Shown piece by piece: positions 45,341-59,500 of a DNA stretch of 64,000 nucleotides. Numbering within the stretch: position 1 is the stretch's first letter; the number at the start of each line of letters is the position of its first letter. This stretch comes from the human T2T-CHM13v2.0 reference genome, Homo sapiens: the NCBI RefSeq assembly GCF_009914755.1, contig NC_060926.1. One strand, written 5' to 3'. The notes beneath the pieces are model-generated. The model worked only from the letters and a program-made list of their open reading frames with translations. It was not told the origin of the DNA and did no database searches. The position numbers and the translations under genes were made by a program.

Positions 45341-47384
45341 GCAGACATTGTTAACATTTTGAGAGCTCCTAAGTACGGCTACAATTAAAAACTAAAAGAG
45401 GCACTCATTAGGATGCCCTTAAGGGGCCCCAGTAATCTTACTACATTTTTCTTGTCTGTCTGCTTTCCCAGTCTCCTAAAACACTACTTTGTACCTTACC
45501 CTCTCTTCTCTCCTCAAATCTCTCCTGCTATTGGGAGAAACCGACAGGATCCTATCCAAGGTGAATTGTTCCACCTGGATTCCAGGTCTCATCCACTCTC
45601 ACCCATTATGACAGAAACACTGAAGATTTAAAAAATATAATATTTATTAAAGGAAAATATGTAATAATGAAAAAAATGATGATATATGAAGGAAAGGGTA
45701 GAATTTCTTGATTTCAAGATTGCTTGTCAGTGTTTGTTGGTTTCCCCTCATCCTCAATTCTTAATATTGTAGGGTCCTAGGGCTTCATTCTCTCTCCTCC
45801 TTCCTTCTCTACCTACTTACTTACTTAAGGATTTTACCGAGCCTCCTAGTTGTGACTCCTCTTTATGCACTGAGAATTCCCAAATGTATTTCTAGTCCCT
45901 ACCTCTCTAATACACTCTAAATTCATATAGATAGCTGTCCACAGCTCAACTTGGATGTTTGAAAGCCATATCAATCTTTTAAAAAACTATTTTGAAATAA
46001 TTATAGATCTAAAACAAGTTGCAAAATAGTACAGAGAGATCCTGTGTAGCTATCTATCACCCAGCTTTTCCCACAATGACATCTTACAAAAAGCCATATC
46101 AATTTTAATATATACCAAATCAAACTATACCCAGAAGCTATTTCTTGACATTCAGTAAATATTATCTCTTCTTTGTACACATGGCATTTATTAATATACT
46201 TAAATAGTATTTCTTATCTTATAGTTCATTCAATATGCATGCATGCATGCACACATATGCTTCAATAAACTATGAGCTTCGCAAAGGCAAGGGCCATGGC
46301 AATCTTTTATTTGTCTACAGCATGCAGAATAGTGACTAAACATTTCCTGAAAGTATTTGGAACAAATAACCTTATTCAGGCCAGAATCAAAGGAGTCAAA
46401 CAACTAGACCAAAGCCAGAGATCAATGGGCAAAATACTTATTTTGATCAAAAAAAAAGTTTGAATAAACAGTTTGTGTTCTCTAACCCTGAGAAAACATT
46501 ATATAACACTTTTATAGTTGAGTTCAGTATGATTATAGATTAGCAACAACAATAACTATAAAATTTAGTGGGGGAGAAGGTTAAAAAAATGAGTATACCA
46601 CTTTCTGCTTAGGAATAGAAGCTTCGCAAATGCAGTGTCTTTAAGACAAATATGCATTAGATATATATCTTTCCTATTTAAAAACTTACGAAAAAGATCA
46701 CAAGATCTTCATTCAAAGATGTAATGTATATACCAAAAATTATAAAGGTCAATGTAATTTAATATAAATATATAAACCTCTAGACACTGGAAAAGGCAAA
46801 TAATTACACATACATGTATTTTATTCAGCTTTAAAGTGTTATATCTTGAATAAAGTAAAATTAACTTACTTATAAACAAACAAAAATATGTATGTACATA
46901 TGACAGTACACTTCACTTTGACAAATATTTTTCAATAATTGTTTCCCATTTTTCCACTTTGGCCTTAATGACAGTACTTTTATAAAGTATTATTAAGCCT
47001 ATAAAGTCTCTAAAATCTTATTATATGTGAGGTTTGGCTCCAAAAGATGTACTATTATAGTGCATAAAATGTATAGTGATTTCTGTAAAAGACAGATAAC
47101 CTCTAAGGTTTTATAATTTATTGTTAGCTAGACATTTGGTTGGATATGTGTAGAAGGAACTATTTTCTCCATCTTTCAAGTTCCTACCTTGGCCCATAAA
47201 GCAGGAAGCTCCCGCTATGAGTCCCAAGATGTCAAGTACTCTTCACTCTCCCATTTCTGAGGAGAGAAGGAGTGGCATCTGATAAGTGAAGTGGGGAGAA
47301 ACAATTGATACACTCTTCTGGTATTGTTGTTTTCCCAGTGGTAAACATCTGTGGGTCAGGACCAGACGTTTGCTGCAGAGAAGT

Positions 47385-47642
47385 ATATCCGTCCAACAAT
47401 GGTTACGGAGGCTCTGAGAGTGACTAGCCTGAGTTGATGTGTGCTGAAATACACACTGCATTTCAAAGGCGTGGTTTTTTTAAAAAGGCAAAAGATCTCA
47501 CTGTCATTTTTATATTGATCACATGATAAAATGGTAATACTTAGGACAATTTTACCTAATTTGTTTGATTTTTTAAAATGTGGCTATTAGAAAATTTCAG
47601 CCTCCACATGTGGCACACATGATAGTTCTGCTGGACAGCACT
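47385..47642. mobile_element. MER33/MER3-like hAT-Charlie MITE
   Basis: aaatacacactgcatttcaaag...aatgtggctattagaaaattt...catgtggc...tggacagcact. Confidence 0.75.
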
Positions 47643-48429
47643 AATCTGGGGGCCACCTCGCTGGAGCCCACAAATAGGAGGCAGACCTTCTGACAAAGCA
47701 TGTATGCTCTGCAGAACTGACTGTCCTTCCAGGGCTGTCTGAAGATTGAGTGCAGGGAGTAGTATAGGAGGACAAAAATAGCAGAAAACTGACATGGAAA
47801 ACAAAGCCACAGTCTCCAGGCCAATTCTACCAACAATAAAGCTGGTATTTTCCTTTCTGTGGTACCTGATTCCTCTGTCTCTTAACTGATTGCAACTTGA
47901 GAATGGACAATGACAATTATTTATTACTTTTTCCTGATTAAAACCCGAAGGCATGATAGAAATATTTCTGCTCCCCTGGAAGTAGCACAAGCACAAAATT
48001 CAGGGAGAAGCACGCAGCAAAGAAAGTGGTCTTCTCTAGGTCCTTAGGGGTTTAAGTTTCAAAAGCTTCTAAGATTTCAGTGGAGAGTTCTGCCCTGGGT
48101 GGTTCTCAGCTGAAACAAAAGTGGCACATGAGTGGGAAACCTGCCTGGGAAGCAGGTTTCTGAGTCAAGTGAGATTCCCCAGCAAAAAGACAGTGACAGC
48201 CACTGGACACTTAACTGAGAGGAACACGGGGCTTCAGTGGGGAAATGGAAATCAGGAAGGCAGAGTGACCACGGGCAGGGATATGTGAAACATATCAGTC
48301 TCTGCCAGAGGAGGCAGTATGGATGGACGGATACATTGTCTTTCCTCCATGGTAGACATATGCCTCAGTTAACATCCTGATGGGAGACTATTTAAAAATT
48401 TTTATTTTATTGATTGATTGATTGAGACA

Positions 48430-49645
<1,216 letters not shown>

Positions 49646-52600
49646 TATAATTATTTAATCAACCACTTAAGTATAAAGTACCTACTTTATACTGTGCTAG
49701 GACATAGGAAATAAGAGATAAAAGGCACCATCCCTGTCCTCAAAAATTTCCAATTTCATTGGCAATGTACTTCTCAATTAACATAACTTAAAAATTCTTT
49801 TACTGTATAATTTTTAAAAACCTTCATTTCATGTTTCTTATAAACATGTCTTTCATAGCTTAATGTCTCCTATGGAAAATAATACCATATATGGCACATA
49901 GCAAATGCCTAAATACTTCATGATTCACTCTGAATCTGACATATGGCATCAGAAAATCATAATATACATTAAATAAACATTTTAATGTCAGTTTCAGACA
50001 CTGATTACTCATGGTGAAAGAGGTACTGCCATCCTTAGTTAAAAGATAGTATTGGCAATATAGAGACCCTGAAGTTACAGCTACAATGCAACCTTTTGAT
50101 CAAGACTTAAACTTATACTATAGATTTCACTTTTTGGTCAAATTATGCTTTTTAAGATTAATTTATTCTACCAGATTTTTATGCCAACAGGCTGAATAAT
50201 AGGATAAAGGAGGAAACGGTGGCTTATTTAGAGAATCTGAACAGCAAACAAAGATACTCTTATGCTGTTTTCATAACTCCAGGAGGCAGAACCAAACAGT
50301 GGAGATCAAAATTAGGCAAAAGATACCTTTTATTAAATAAATAAAGCAAGTAAGCAGGGATACTGGCTTAATTATCAATAGAAATGAGTTTGAAGGTTAG
50401 AAAGTAGGCTAGATAAGAGGTTCTCAATAATTTTTCTGCTACAATCCAAAGGAGACAACATGTTTCCCATTAGAAGCAGTGGTTTACGATGGCAATGAAT
50501 CACAAACGGTGGGAGTTGGAAAGGCAGCACGTGCAAGGTGGGGGAAAGGGGAGTGGGTAAATACCTATCTAATTCCAGGTTGAGTAACACTGGGCAAGGT
50601 ACCAGAAGGACTTTTTAAACTGTATGATTACCTGGGAATTTTTAAAGAAGGATCCTGGCAAACTTCTTGACAGCATTTCATATGAGAGAGAAGTATTTGC
50701 CATGCATTTATCTATGGATGTAGCAGTACTAGCTATTGACAGCAAGTGGAAAGTATAAAACACAAAGGCTAAGATTATACATATGCTCCCCATTACTAAC
50801 CACCTAATACCAAGCAAATTGTGTTCTGACCTGCCTTTCAGCCTCTTTTACAACCATTTTCCTGGATTTCTAACCCATTCACTTGTTCTCTGTCCCTTCT
50901 ATAAAAATGCTTATAACAGCTGAATTGACAAGCAATAGAGGAGCAACTCTAATCTGATTCAACAACAACAACAACAAAAAAAAGCATTTAGATTTGGTAC
51001 AAATACACTTTAAACATTTGCTTCCTTTTTCCTTCTGCATATTAATCATCTCAAATGGCACACAAATTCACTCTCTGACTGCAGGACATAATACTATTTG
51101 TAAATATTTTCCCCAGAGATTCTAGGAATTCTGCAAATGTAAATGGCAATGGAATGACTGTTACCATGAAAGTGAAGAGCCTTCTCTGGTATGTTTTACC
51201 AGTGGATTGGGCACTCAGTTCAGGCCTTGGGAATATTCCTTTCTGAATTCTAGTATCTGAACAATTGCTTATTGTTCTTGTTATGCACTCGAGAATTAGC
51301 TTACCAGTTCTTTCCAAAAATTTCTTTCTAAATTAAATGTGGGTACACATTTGAAAACTGCACACTGTGTATGAATAGTACACATTTATTTTACATTTTT
51401 AACATCATGTACAAGCTGTGGGAACATCTGGTGTTTTGCAAATTTGGGCAAATCCAGCTGCATTTCCTCTTCCAAATATGTTCTCTGACATTTGCAGGTT
51501 GTGTTTCATTTTGATTTTTATACTCTCTCTCTCTCTATCTATATAGGGCAGCATTGTGTGCTTTCAAACATGCATTTTTTCCAACTTTATACTTCTCCTT
51601 TCTGAACTAAAAATTAAAAGCTTGCTGATTAATATGAGAAAAAATGTTGTGGTTAGACTAAAGATGTAAATTTTAAATGTATCTGTCTCACCTCTCTATA
51701 ATTTACTTGAATCAGTAGAAAATCGCCTCTTGAGAACAGTTTACAATGAAGAAATATATATGCTTGCATTATACCATCTGAGCTAAGAGAAAGCAATACA
51801 GTAATTAGCAGACTGAATCTTTACTGAGTCAGGTGCACCTCTAACCCAACAAAATACACATATGTGCACCAACAACTGTGCCACATATTTTCAGGGGTTG
51901 GCGGACATCTTGAAAGAAGTATAAGGTTAAGAAACTAAAGCGATGAGAATGTGAATAATTTAATGTGAATAATTTAAAATCACCTAACTTAAAGCATGGT
52001 AAATAACAGCTAAAACGCAAATGGACTTTACATCCTACTCTTATACTTAATCATAAATAAAAGATTGCTGTTGCCAAGTCTAAAACTCTCTGTCCCCTCT
52101 ACACACACGCTCACGATTAGCAGACAGCCCCAGATGATCATGCTGGCTTCCCTTTCTTCCCTCACATAAAATATTTAAAACAACCTCCAGCCTGAGGGTG
52201 GAGTGGAAAACTGCCTGGGAGCAAAGTCACCCTCACCATCCTGGCTGACCTGCTGGCCTGTTAGCCCCGAAGGTTAGTTCACAAGTCTCAGATCTGAGCT
52301 GGTTCCTTGGATTTTAAACTCCCAACTTGGATCAGTTCCTTCCCATATACAACCAGGTTCCTGCCTGGACTTTCTCATTTAGATTCAGCCCTGCTCTGGA
52401 CAAATCCCAGGACATGCTGCTCCTACTGGGCTAAAAATGCTCAGGGCTCTCTGGTTCCACTGCTCTCCCACAGTTTCTCAAATGGTTCCAGGTCCCCTGA
52501 CTCTAGTTGCTTGTTCTATGACTTCTTAGAGATAGCACAGTTCAATGGTTAAGAGAAAAGGCCAGGGGATAAATCTCCATGAGTTCAAATTGAGTTCTCT

Positions 52601-52847
52601 ATTACCAACTTAACTTTGCTAAGCCTCAGTTTGCTCATCTATAAAACTAGGGTAATAATATTATCTCCCTCACAGATTACTCAGCCACAACCTCTGTCTC
52701 AAGGAAGCAGAAGTCTAAGAGAGATACCTGAAGCTAAACCACACAGCTGATAAGTGATAGGTTCAGAGTTCAAAGCCAGGTTTATATGTCTCCAAACACA
52801 TTCTTTTCAAATACATTATGCTCTTGTCTTTTAAAATCACCCTTATT

Positions 52848-53141
52848 GGCCGGGTGCAGTGGCTCACATCTGTAATCCCAGCACTTTGGGAGGCTGAGGT
52901 GGGTGGATCACGACGTCAGGAGATCGAGACCATCCTGGCTAACATGGTGAAACCTCATCTCTACTAAAAATACAAAAAAAAAAAAATTAGCCAGGCATGG
53001 TGGCGGGCTCCTGTAGTCCCAGCTACTCAGCCTCCTAGCAGGAGAATGGCATGAACCCAGGAGGCAGAGCTTGCAGTGAGCCAAGATCATGCCACTGCAC
53101 TCCAGCCTGGGGGACAGAGCGAGACTCCGTCTCAAAAAAAA
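52848..53141 (+). mobile_element. AluY-like
   Basis: gagatcgagaccatcctggctaac, gaatggcatgaaccc and gagcttgcag diagnostics; TSD aaaatcacccttatt / aaaatcatccttatt. Confidence 0.95.
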
Positions 53142-53725
53142 AAAATCATCCTTATTTTTCTCTTTAAAAACAAAAAACATGATTACTCCTTTTTATAGCA
53201 GTGGTTGTAAAATTTAAAACCAAGATATATTACTAGGGTTGCAATAATAAGAAAATAAAGAAGTACTTGGTTATCCACAACTACTAATCTAGTGATTTGG
53301 TTAAAACTAGCATTCTTCACAGAAGTTGGAACCTCTGCCTGTGCCAACCTCCAAATGAATGATTTGCAATTCTTGGCCTTTACAGTCTATTTCCAGGATA
53401 ATACTAACTAAAATAACAATCTTTGCGATAGGGTACTGGGCAGACCTGGTGACTTGCACGGAAGGAGAAGGCAACAGCAAAGATGGCAAGAGAGAAGATT
53501 AAACAGGAGCTCCAAAGGCAACAGAGTTCAGCAGTTGAGTCCAAATGCTAAGATTTTCCAGGAGAGAGAATGCCCAGAGTCCAAGTAGTGAAAAATGTCC
53601 ATTTGTTTAGCAGCGGTGTCTAGGTGAGGGGGCAGGAAAGGGGAGGAGGAGAACCCACATTATCTATTCTGAGTGAGGCTACACATTGCTGAGGGATTGA
53701 GTGCAGTCAAAGGAGGCCAAACTGA

Positions 53726-54170
<445 letters not shown>

Positions 54171-54537
54171 TAAGTTGTTAGCCTGGTTTCCGAATGCAGG
54201 TAATCTGGGCTGGGCACTGGAGCTCCTTTACATTTGTCAACTGGAAAGAACAGAATGGCATATTTACTATAAAGTGACATGAGAACTGTAACATGTACTA
54301 AGTATACGTGTAAATGAGAATAGTCATCTCTATTTTAGCATATTTGTACATCTACAATAGAGAAAAAAAATTTCCTAATTAAAACACCTCATTCACAGCA
54401 AATGAACAAAAACTTTTTAAAAAGCCAACATGTAATTATTTTCAAGAAAGGAAACAAAAATAAAATCTACAGAATGTAGGAGAAATTTTCATTTCTTCTA
54501 CTGTGCTCAAACCACTTTAAAATATCTTTTTGTTTAC

Positions 54538-54872
54538 CTTGGTCACAGCTTTTGGAGAAAATGTAACTGCATCTACCACAGTGATGAGGTCACCTGGGTG
54601 GAGACGATCAAAGTACTTCATGCAGACATCATAGGCATGAAGCCACTCCGGTGAAGAGCCTGGGACTTGTTTAATGAGATGAGGGTCTCCAGTCCAGAAC
54701 AACTTCTGTAACCAGATGGTGTACAGAGAGCTTGGGGAAAGCATCTGTCCATCCTTTTCAGGGATTTTGGGAACAAGTTTGGAAATAGACAAGATATTTT
54801 GACTTGAAAGAACTGGCTCCAATGCTTCAAGAGGACTCATGTTTTCATCTGTCAGCTTTTTGTAATTAAGAC
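54538..54872 (-). CDS. NBAS: NBAS coding exon (exon 44), 335 nt, phase 1 in / phase 0 out
   Basis: Acceptor ttttttttctgctag|GTCTTAAT and donor ACCAAG|gtaaac. Translates (G)LNYKKLTDENMSPLEALEPV...DAVTFSPKAVTK. Confidence 0.97.
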
Positions 54873-55904
54873 CTAGCAGAAAAAAAAAGAAAGTAGGTAA
54901 GTGGTTCATTCCAATGTAAACATAGAGTCACTTTCAAACACACACACATAGCCCTCTATATGTCTGAACGCAAAGATCTATCAACTTAGCTCTAAGTAGC
55001 TAGTTTATATTTTCTATTAGAAAGATCAGGAGATCTGAGTTCCAGTCACAGCCTGAAACTTATTCGGCTTTGTGATCCCAGATAGGCCATTCATCTTCTG
55101 TGTGCCTCCATCTCCTTGTTTGTACCCTAGAGATGACAATATCTCCATGCCTTTCGAATCCGCCGCAGCACCTATGTTTTCTTCTATCAGTGCTTCAACA
55201 AACTGCATTACATTTCTTTGTTATTTATCTGGCATTTCACTAGTTACTTGAAGGCAAGGATTGAATCTTATTCCCTTATCCTCTGTGTCTAGGCCAGTGT
55301 CTCATTTGATTATTCAGAAAACAACTGATAAACTGATGGGAACTCTCACAATTATTATGAATATCAAACAAACAGATTTGAATGTGCCTTGCAAATTATG
55401 AAGTATAAAAATTAAGAGGTCTTAAAGTGTTTAATTTCTTAGTTATGAGCATAAAGACCATTCTAAAGATTTCCATAATTTATCAAATATTCAAAGGCTC
55501 TTAAGTGTTCCATGCATATTTTAAACATATAGGCTCCAGTGGAATGAAATTCTGCTCAACTGCCTATTATAAAGTGTCTTGGCCTTGCCATTTATATACA
55601 TAAAATATAATCAATGGGAGTAGTGAAAAAATCCTGGAGCAGAAGTCCAAAACTTTGGATTTTAGTACCAAGTCTACCATAAGTCACTGTGCGACTTTCA
55701 ATAGGTTTCTTACTTTTTCTGGTATTTAATTCCCTCAACTATAAGTGAAAGAGTTGGAAAGATAATAACTAAAGTCGATTAGCTTCAAAATTCTGTGGTT
55801 TCAGAGCTCTGCAACCATAATGCATGAACAGGATTGTGTACAGAAAATTAATCCCCAGATTTAATTGAAAAGAATGAATTCAAGCAGGGAAACAACCATC
55901 CTAC

Positions 55905-56155
55905 CTGATGCAACAACCTTAAACTTCTTCAGCAGTCGAATGTGGGTTTCTGGTTTAATGGCACAGTTCCCCAAATCTGCACAGCCACAGTTTTCCAGAA
56001 GAGTGAAATAATACTGCAGCCTTTCGTGATCAAAGCCACCAATAGTAGGGTAAATATACTTGACCATGTGCTGGTGAAAGGCTTCTGGATCAGTCTTCAA
56101 AGTCTCAAAGAGATGAAGGTCTTGGGCTCTATTTTCAATTTCTAGTGTGGACAAA
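55905..56155 (-). CDS. NBAS: NBAS internal coding exon (exon 43 by recalled numbering), 251 nt, phase 2 in / phase 1 out
   Basis: Acceptor ctcttaatttcag|TTTGTCC and donor GCATCAG|gtagga. Translates LSTLEIENRAQDLHLFETLKTDPEAFHQHMVKYIYPTIGGFDHERLQYYFTLL...KKFKVVAS(G), recognised as human NBAS. Splices in frame to the next exon. Confidence 0.97.
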
Positions 56156-59100
56156 CTGAAATTAAGAGCCAAAGGAACTGTGTTAAGATTTTGTTCCTTT
56201 ATTAAAGTGATTTTTTTTTTAACCAAGGAAGAAACACTACTTCTTATAGCTCCCTTCTTCCTGCCTACTCAAAGACAGTAAACCACCACCAGAAGCCAGT
56301 CAGCCTGAATAAAGGAAAACAAATGTGTTAGATGCCTACTAACATTTAACTGACTACACACTCGTCATGTTATCTCACGGGGGTCTACAGCAACCCTGTG
56401 AAGTAGCTTTAACTTCAAGTTCCTGCAGTTGGGAGAGCTGTCTGATGTCTCCCAGCTAGAAAATAAACCAACATCTGTCAGCGTCCACTCTTAATCATTT
56501 ATTCATTCATAAAAAGGGTTTAAAAATCTATACTTCTTCACAGAAACATAAACAGCCTTATTATTTCAGGAATTTAGGAAATGATACAGAAAAAACCCTA
56601 AACTTTCAGGCTTAAGATTTACATGCAAGAGTCTTGAATTAATATTCAATAAACCCAAATTTTATGCTGTGTCCAGATAAAAGAAAAATAGAAAAAGAGG
56701 GATAATTAAACTTTCACTTGGGTTATCTGCAGTAATGCTACTTAAATAAAACACATATCTTAATATTTTCATCCTAACTTAGATGTCTTTGTAATCTAAT
56801 TTTAAAAAGTCACTTAAACTCTTGGGAAAAGAAAAAGTAAGGTATTTTTGCTTGGTTGATTGGTTTGTGCTTTTAGAAGGGGAAAGGAGGGGGTTAATTT
56901 TGGTCTTGTGCTTCTCCCTGGACAGAATCTGGACAGAGCCTGTGGTCTAGTGTAATCTCAATGCCCCTTACGTGATGAGTTTCATACTCCCTAATTGTAA
57001 GAGTCCTTCAGGCAGCCCTGCATTCACAGAAGTACCCAGGTTCTAGGGTTCTCGGAAGCAGCAACAGAAGCATCTGGGGGCAGTAAGTGAGACCTTGGGC
57101 AGCAACAAAGTTAGGCTTCAAAAAGTTCTAAAGCAGCTCCTCTGAAACATGACAACTTGTTTACTGAAAGTGCCCAAAGACATGTTTTTGGTTTATGTAG
57201 ATAAAGTTAGTATAAATCATGTTTTAAAACTTTCAGGGGAATGTGACAACACTTGGGTTAAAAAGGGTAATCTACAAAGTCAAAGCATCAAGTAATTTTT
57301 AAAAACTGGTCTTTTTACTTTTGCTTCAAGAAAAACCTTATTTTTCCATTAAGACACAGTGCAAACATTTACAAGAATATCTCTATCTATAAATATGTCC
57401 CCAGTCTATAAAAATTTCTCTCACTGCCTCCTCTATTGGCACATGCTGAATATCCTTCTATTCTGTTATTCGTAACGTATTTTAAGTACTTATTACCTTG
57501 TCTATCTTCCTTCCTAGACTGTGCTGCTTGATGGCACAGACCTTATTACATCATCTTAATCTCTAGTTTCTCAATACCAAGAACCAGAGTGTGGCACAAA
57601 GGAAACATTCAATATATGTATTATGAACGCCAAATAGATGAGTGGATGAGCAAAAAATTAGGTGTCCTCTATGTACAAGGCACTGTGCTCACCACTGGGG
57701 AGGATATAAAGACTTACAGCATAGAGCTCCCATCCAAATTTGAAAATCCAGTTGAGTTACAAATACTTACAGTTAAATAATGATGCAAAACAATAGTATC
57801 ACCTGACAAAGGGCACAAAATTATAGTCCAATTAAGAGAAGGATCACTAAAAGCTATGCCTGCAGAAGATGTAGAAATCAATGATAATGGAAGGCTTAGT
57901 GAAAGAAGCACTTGAATTTGGCAGGAAGGAGTGAAGCAGAAATAATGTGAACAAAAGTATCAAGAAAGCAAAACGCCTGTACAAGGAACAGTGAATATAA
58001 ATGGCTGGGTGGTCAGAAAATATACTTGATAATATCACTATTCAACGAATACCATCATCTCTGAAAGACAGTGTACACACAGTAGTATGGGACAGTGAAT
58101 CACAGAATTTCTGATGTTCCTTCATAATTTGCAAAATGAAGTCTAAAAACAATGTAGTAAGGAAGTAAATAAGAAACTGTGTAGTCGCAATAAAAGGAAT
58201 CTTATTGACAAAGATTTGCAGGCAGAACAACATGCCAAAAGGAGGAAAGAAAACAAATTTGTATTTATCATGCTGATTACTTTCTTGCTAAGTTAAAGTT
58301 GGGTAATTATCAACTTATAGATGATAAATTGCCATTCAGAGAGGTTATATGACTTGTTTAAGATAAAGAGTCCAGATCTGTCTGGACTCAAAGTACACAA
58401 CTGCTCAGGACATCACAAAGCAACCATCAAGGTCAAGCACCCATATCAACAACCACTTCAAAACCAGGATTCTTTCTGCAACACAGATATGAGTTCTCTC
58501 TCCCAGCAGCAATAATCGAAAAGAGTTCTCCTGTCATACTTCATTCGTAACACCTTGATAAACAAAGTATTCAAGACAGACTCATCTACAAAATGGACAA
58601 TGACTATATCATAACAGCTTTAGTTCATCTATGTTTGACTTGATTATGAATATAGTCTCTCTCAATCAACATTACTTTCCCTCTTGCCCACTCACTTATT
58701 CTTCTGTGCCTACAATTTAGTTTGCCTGCTGTGCAATTTTACCCAATTATCTTGTCAAGACAGATACTGGAATACCTTTACTGACTCATGATAAATACCC
58801 AAACCTCCCTTTTCAGTAAATTACAAGGTGCTAAGATCTTTTATAGATGCTAGTAATCAATAGCTCATTTTAATAGTTTCCATTCTGAAGAAAGAAGCTG
58901 TTATCTTCCCTTTGGAACCAGAAAAGGGAAATCTTTCTTTGAAATCTTTGTTTAGAAAAAAATTCCAAAGAACCCATATTCAAGAGAGTAGAAAGAAATA
59001 CCATGAAACCACTGTGGACTTTTCACTAATCAAATTAATGATTACCCTTCAAACCTGTTTAAGTGATTTTTCCTGAACCAAGTTTTAGTTATAAAGCAGC

Positions 59101-59385
59101 TTATATACATAGTGCATATTTAACTTTCAGAGATTAACTAACAGAAGAAGCCAGCATTAGTTGCACTCAATGCACAGAAATAAATTATTCATACTAATCT
59201 CATGATTAAGGTGTTCTGTAATGGCTTCCAGATGTCAGTCACCCAAAAATGTGATTCAAGAACATCATGTATTGAAAGGACTTTTATTTGTGTAAGAAAA
59301 ACAAATTTATTTAAATACATTTTTCTTTACTCAGCTGAGATGGAGTGATTATAAAATTTCATTAGCTCACTGAAAGGAGTGCTTA

Positions 59386-59500
59386 GAAGGAAAGAGGAAG
59401 GAGGAGGCAAGAAGGAAGAAGGTGAATGGGAGAAGGGAGAAGGCTGCCGGGAGAGGGGGAAGAGAGAATAAAGAGGATGGGGAAGGGCTGGAAGTGAAAA
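59386..59500 (+). repeat. GA-rich low-complexity polypurine tract
   Basis: agaaggaaagaggaagggaggaggcaagaaggaagaagg... Confidence 0.75.

Noticed and set aside
50569-51317. Minus-strand 82-aa and 88-aa ORFs as extra NBAS exons or microproteins
   Set aside because: Exons 44 and 45 already join in frame to give the recognised protein. These ORFs have non-ATG starts and no recognisable homology.
54517-56226. ORF-track starts and stops for the NBAS-like ORFs (also 13593-13823 and 17453-17776)
   Set aside because: The N- and C-terminal extensions are intronic read-through past clear splice sites; the true exon bounds are narrower.
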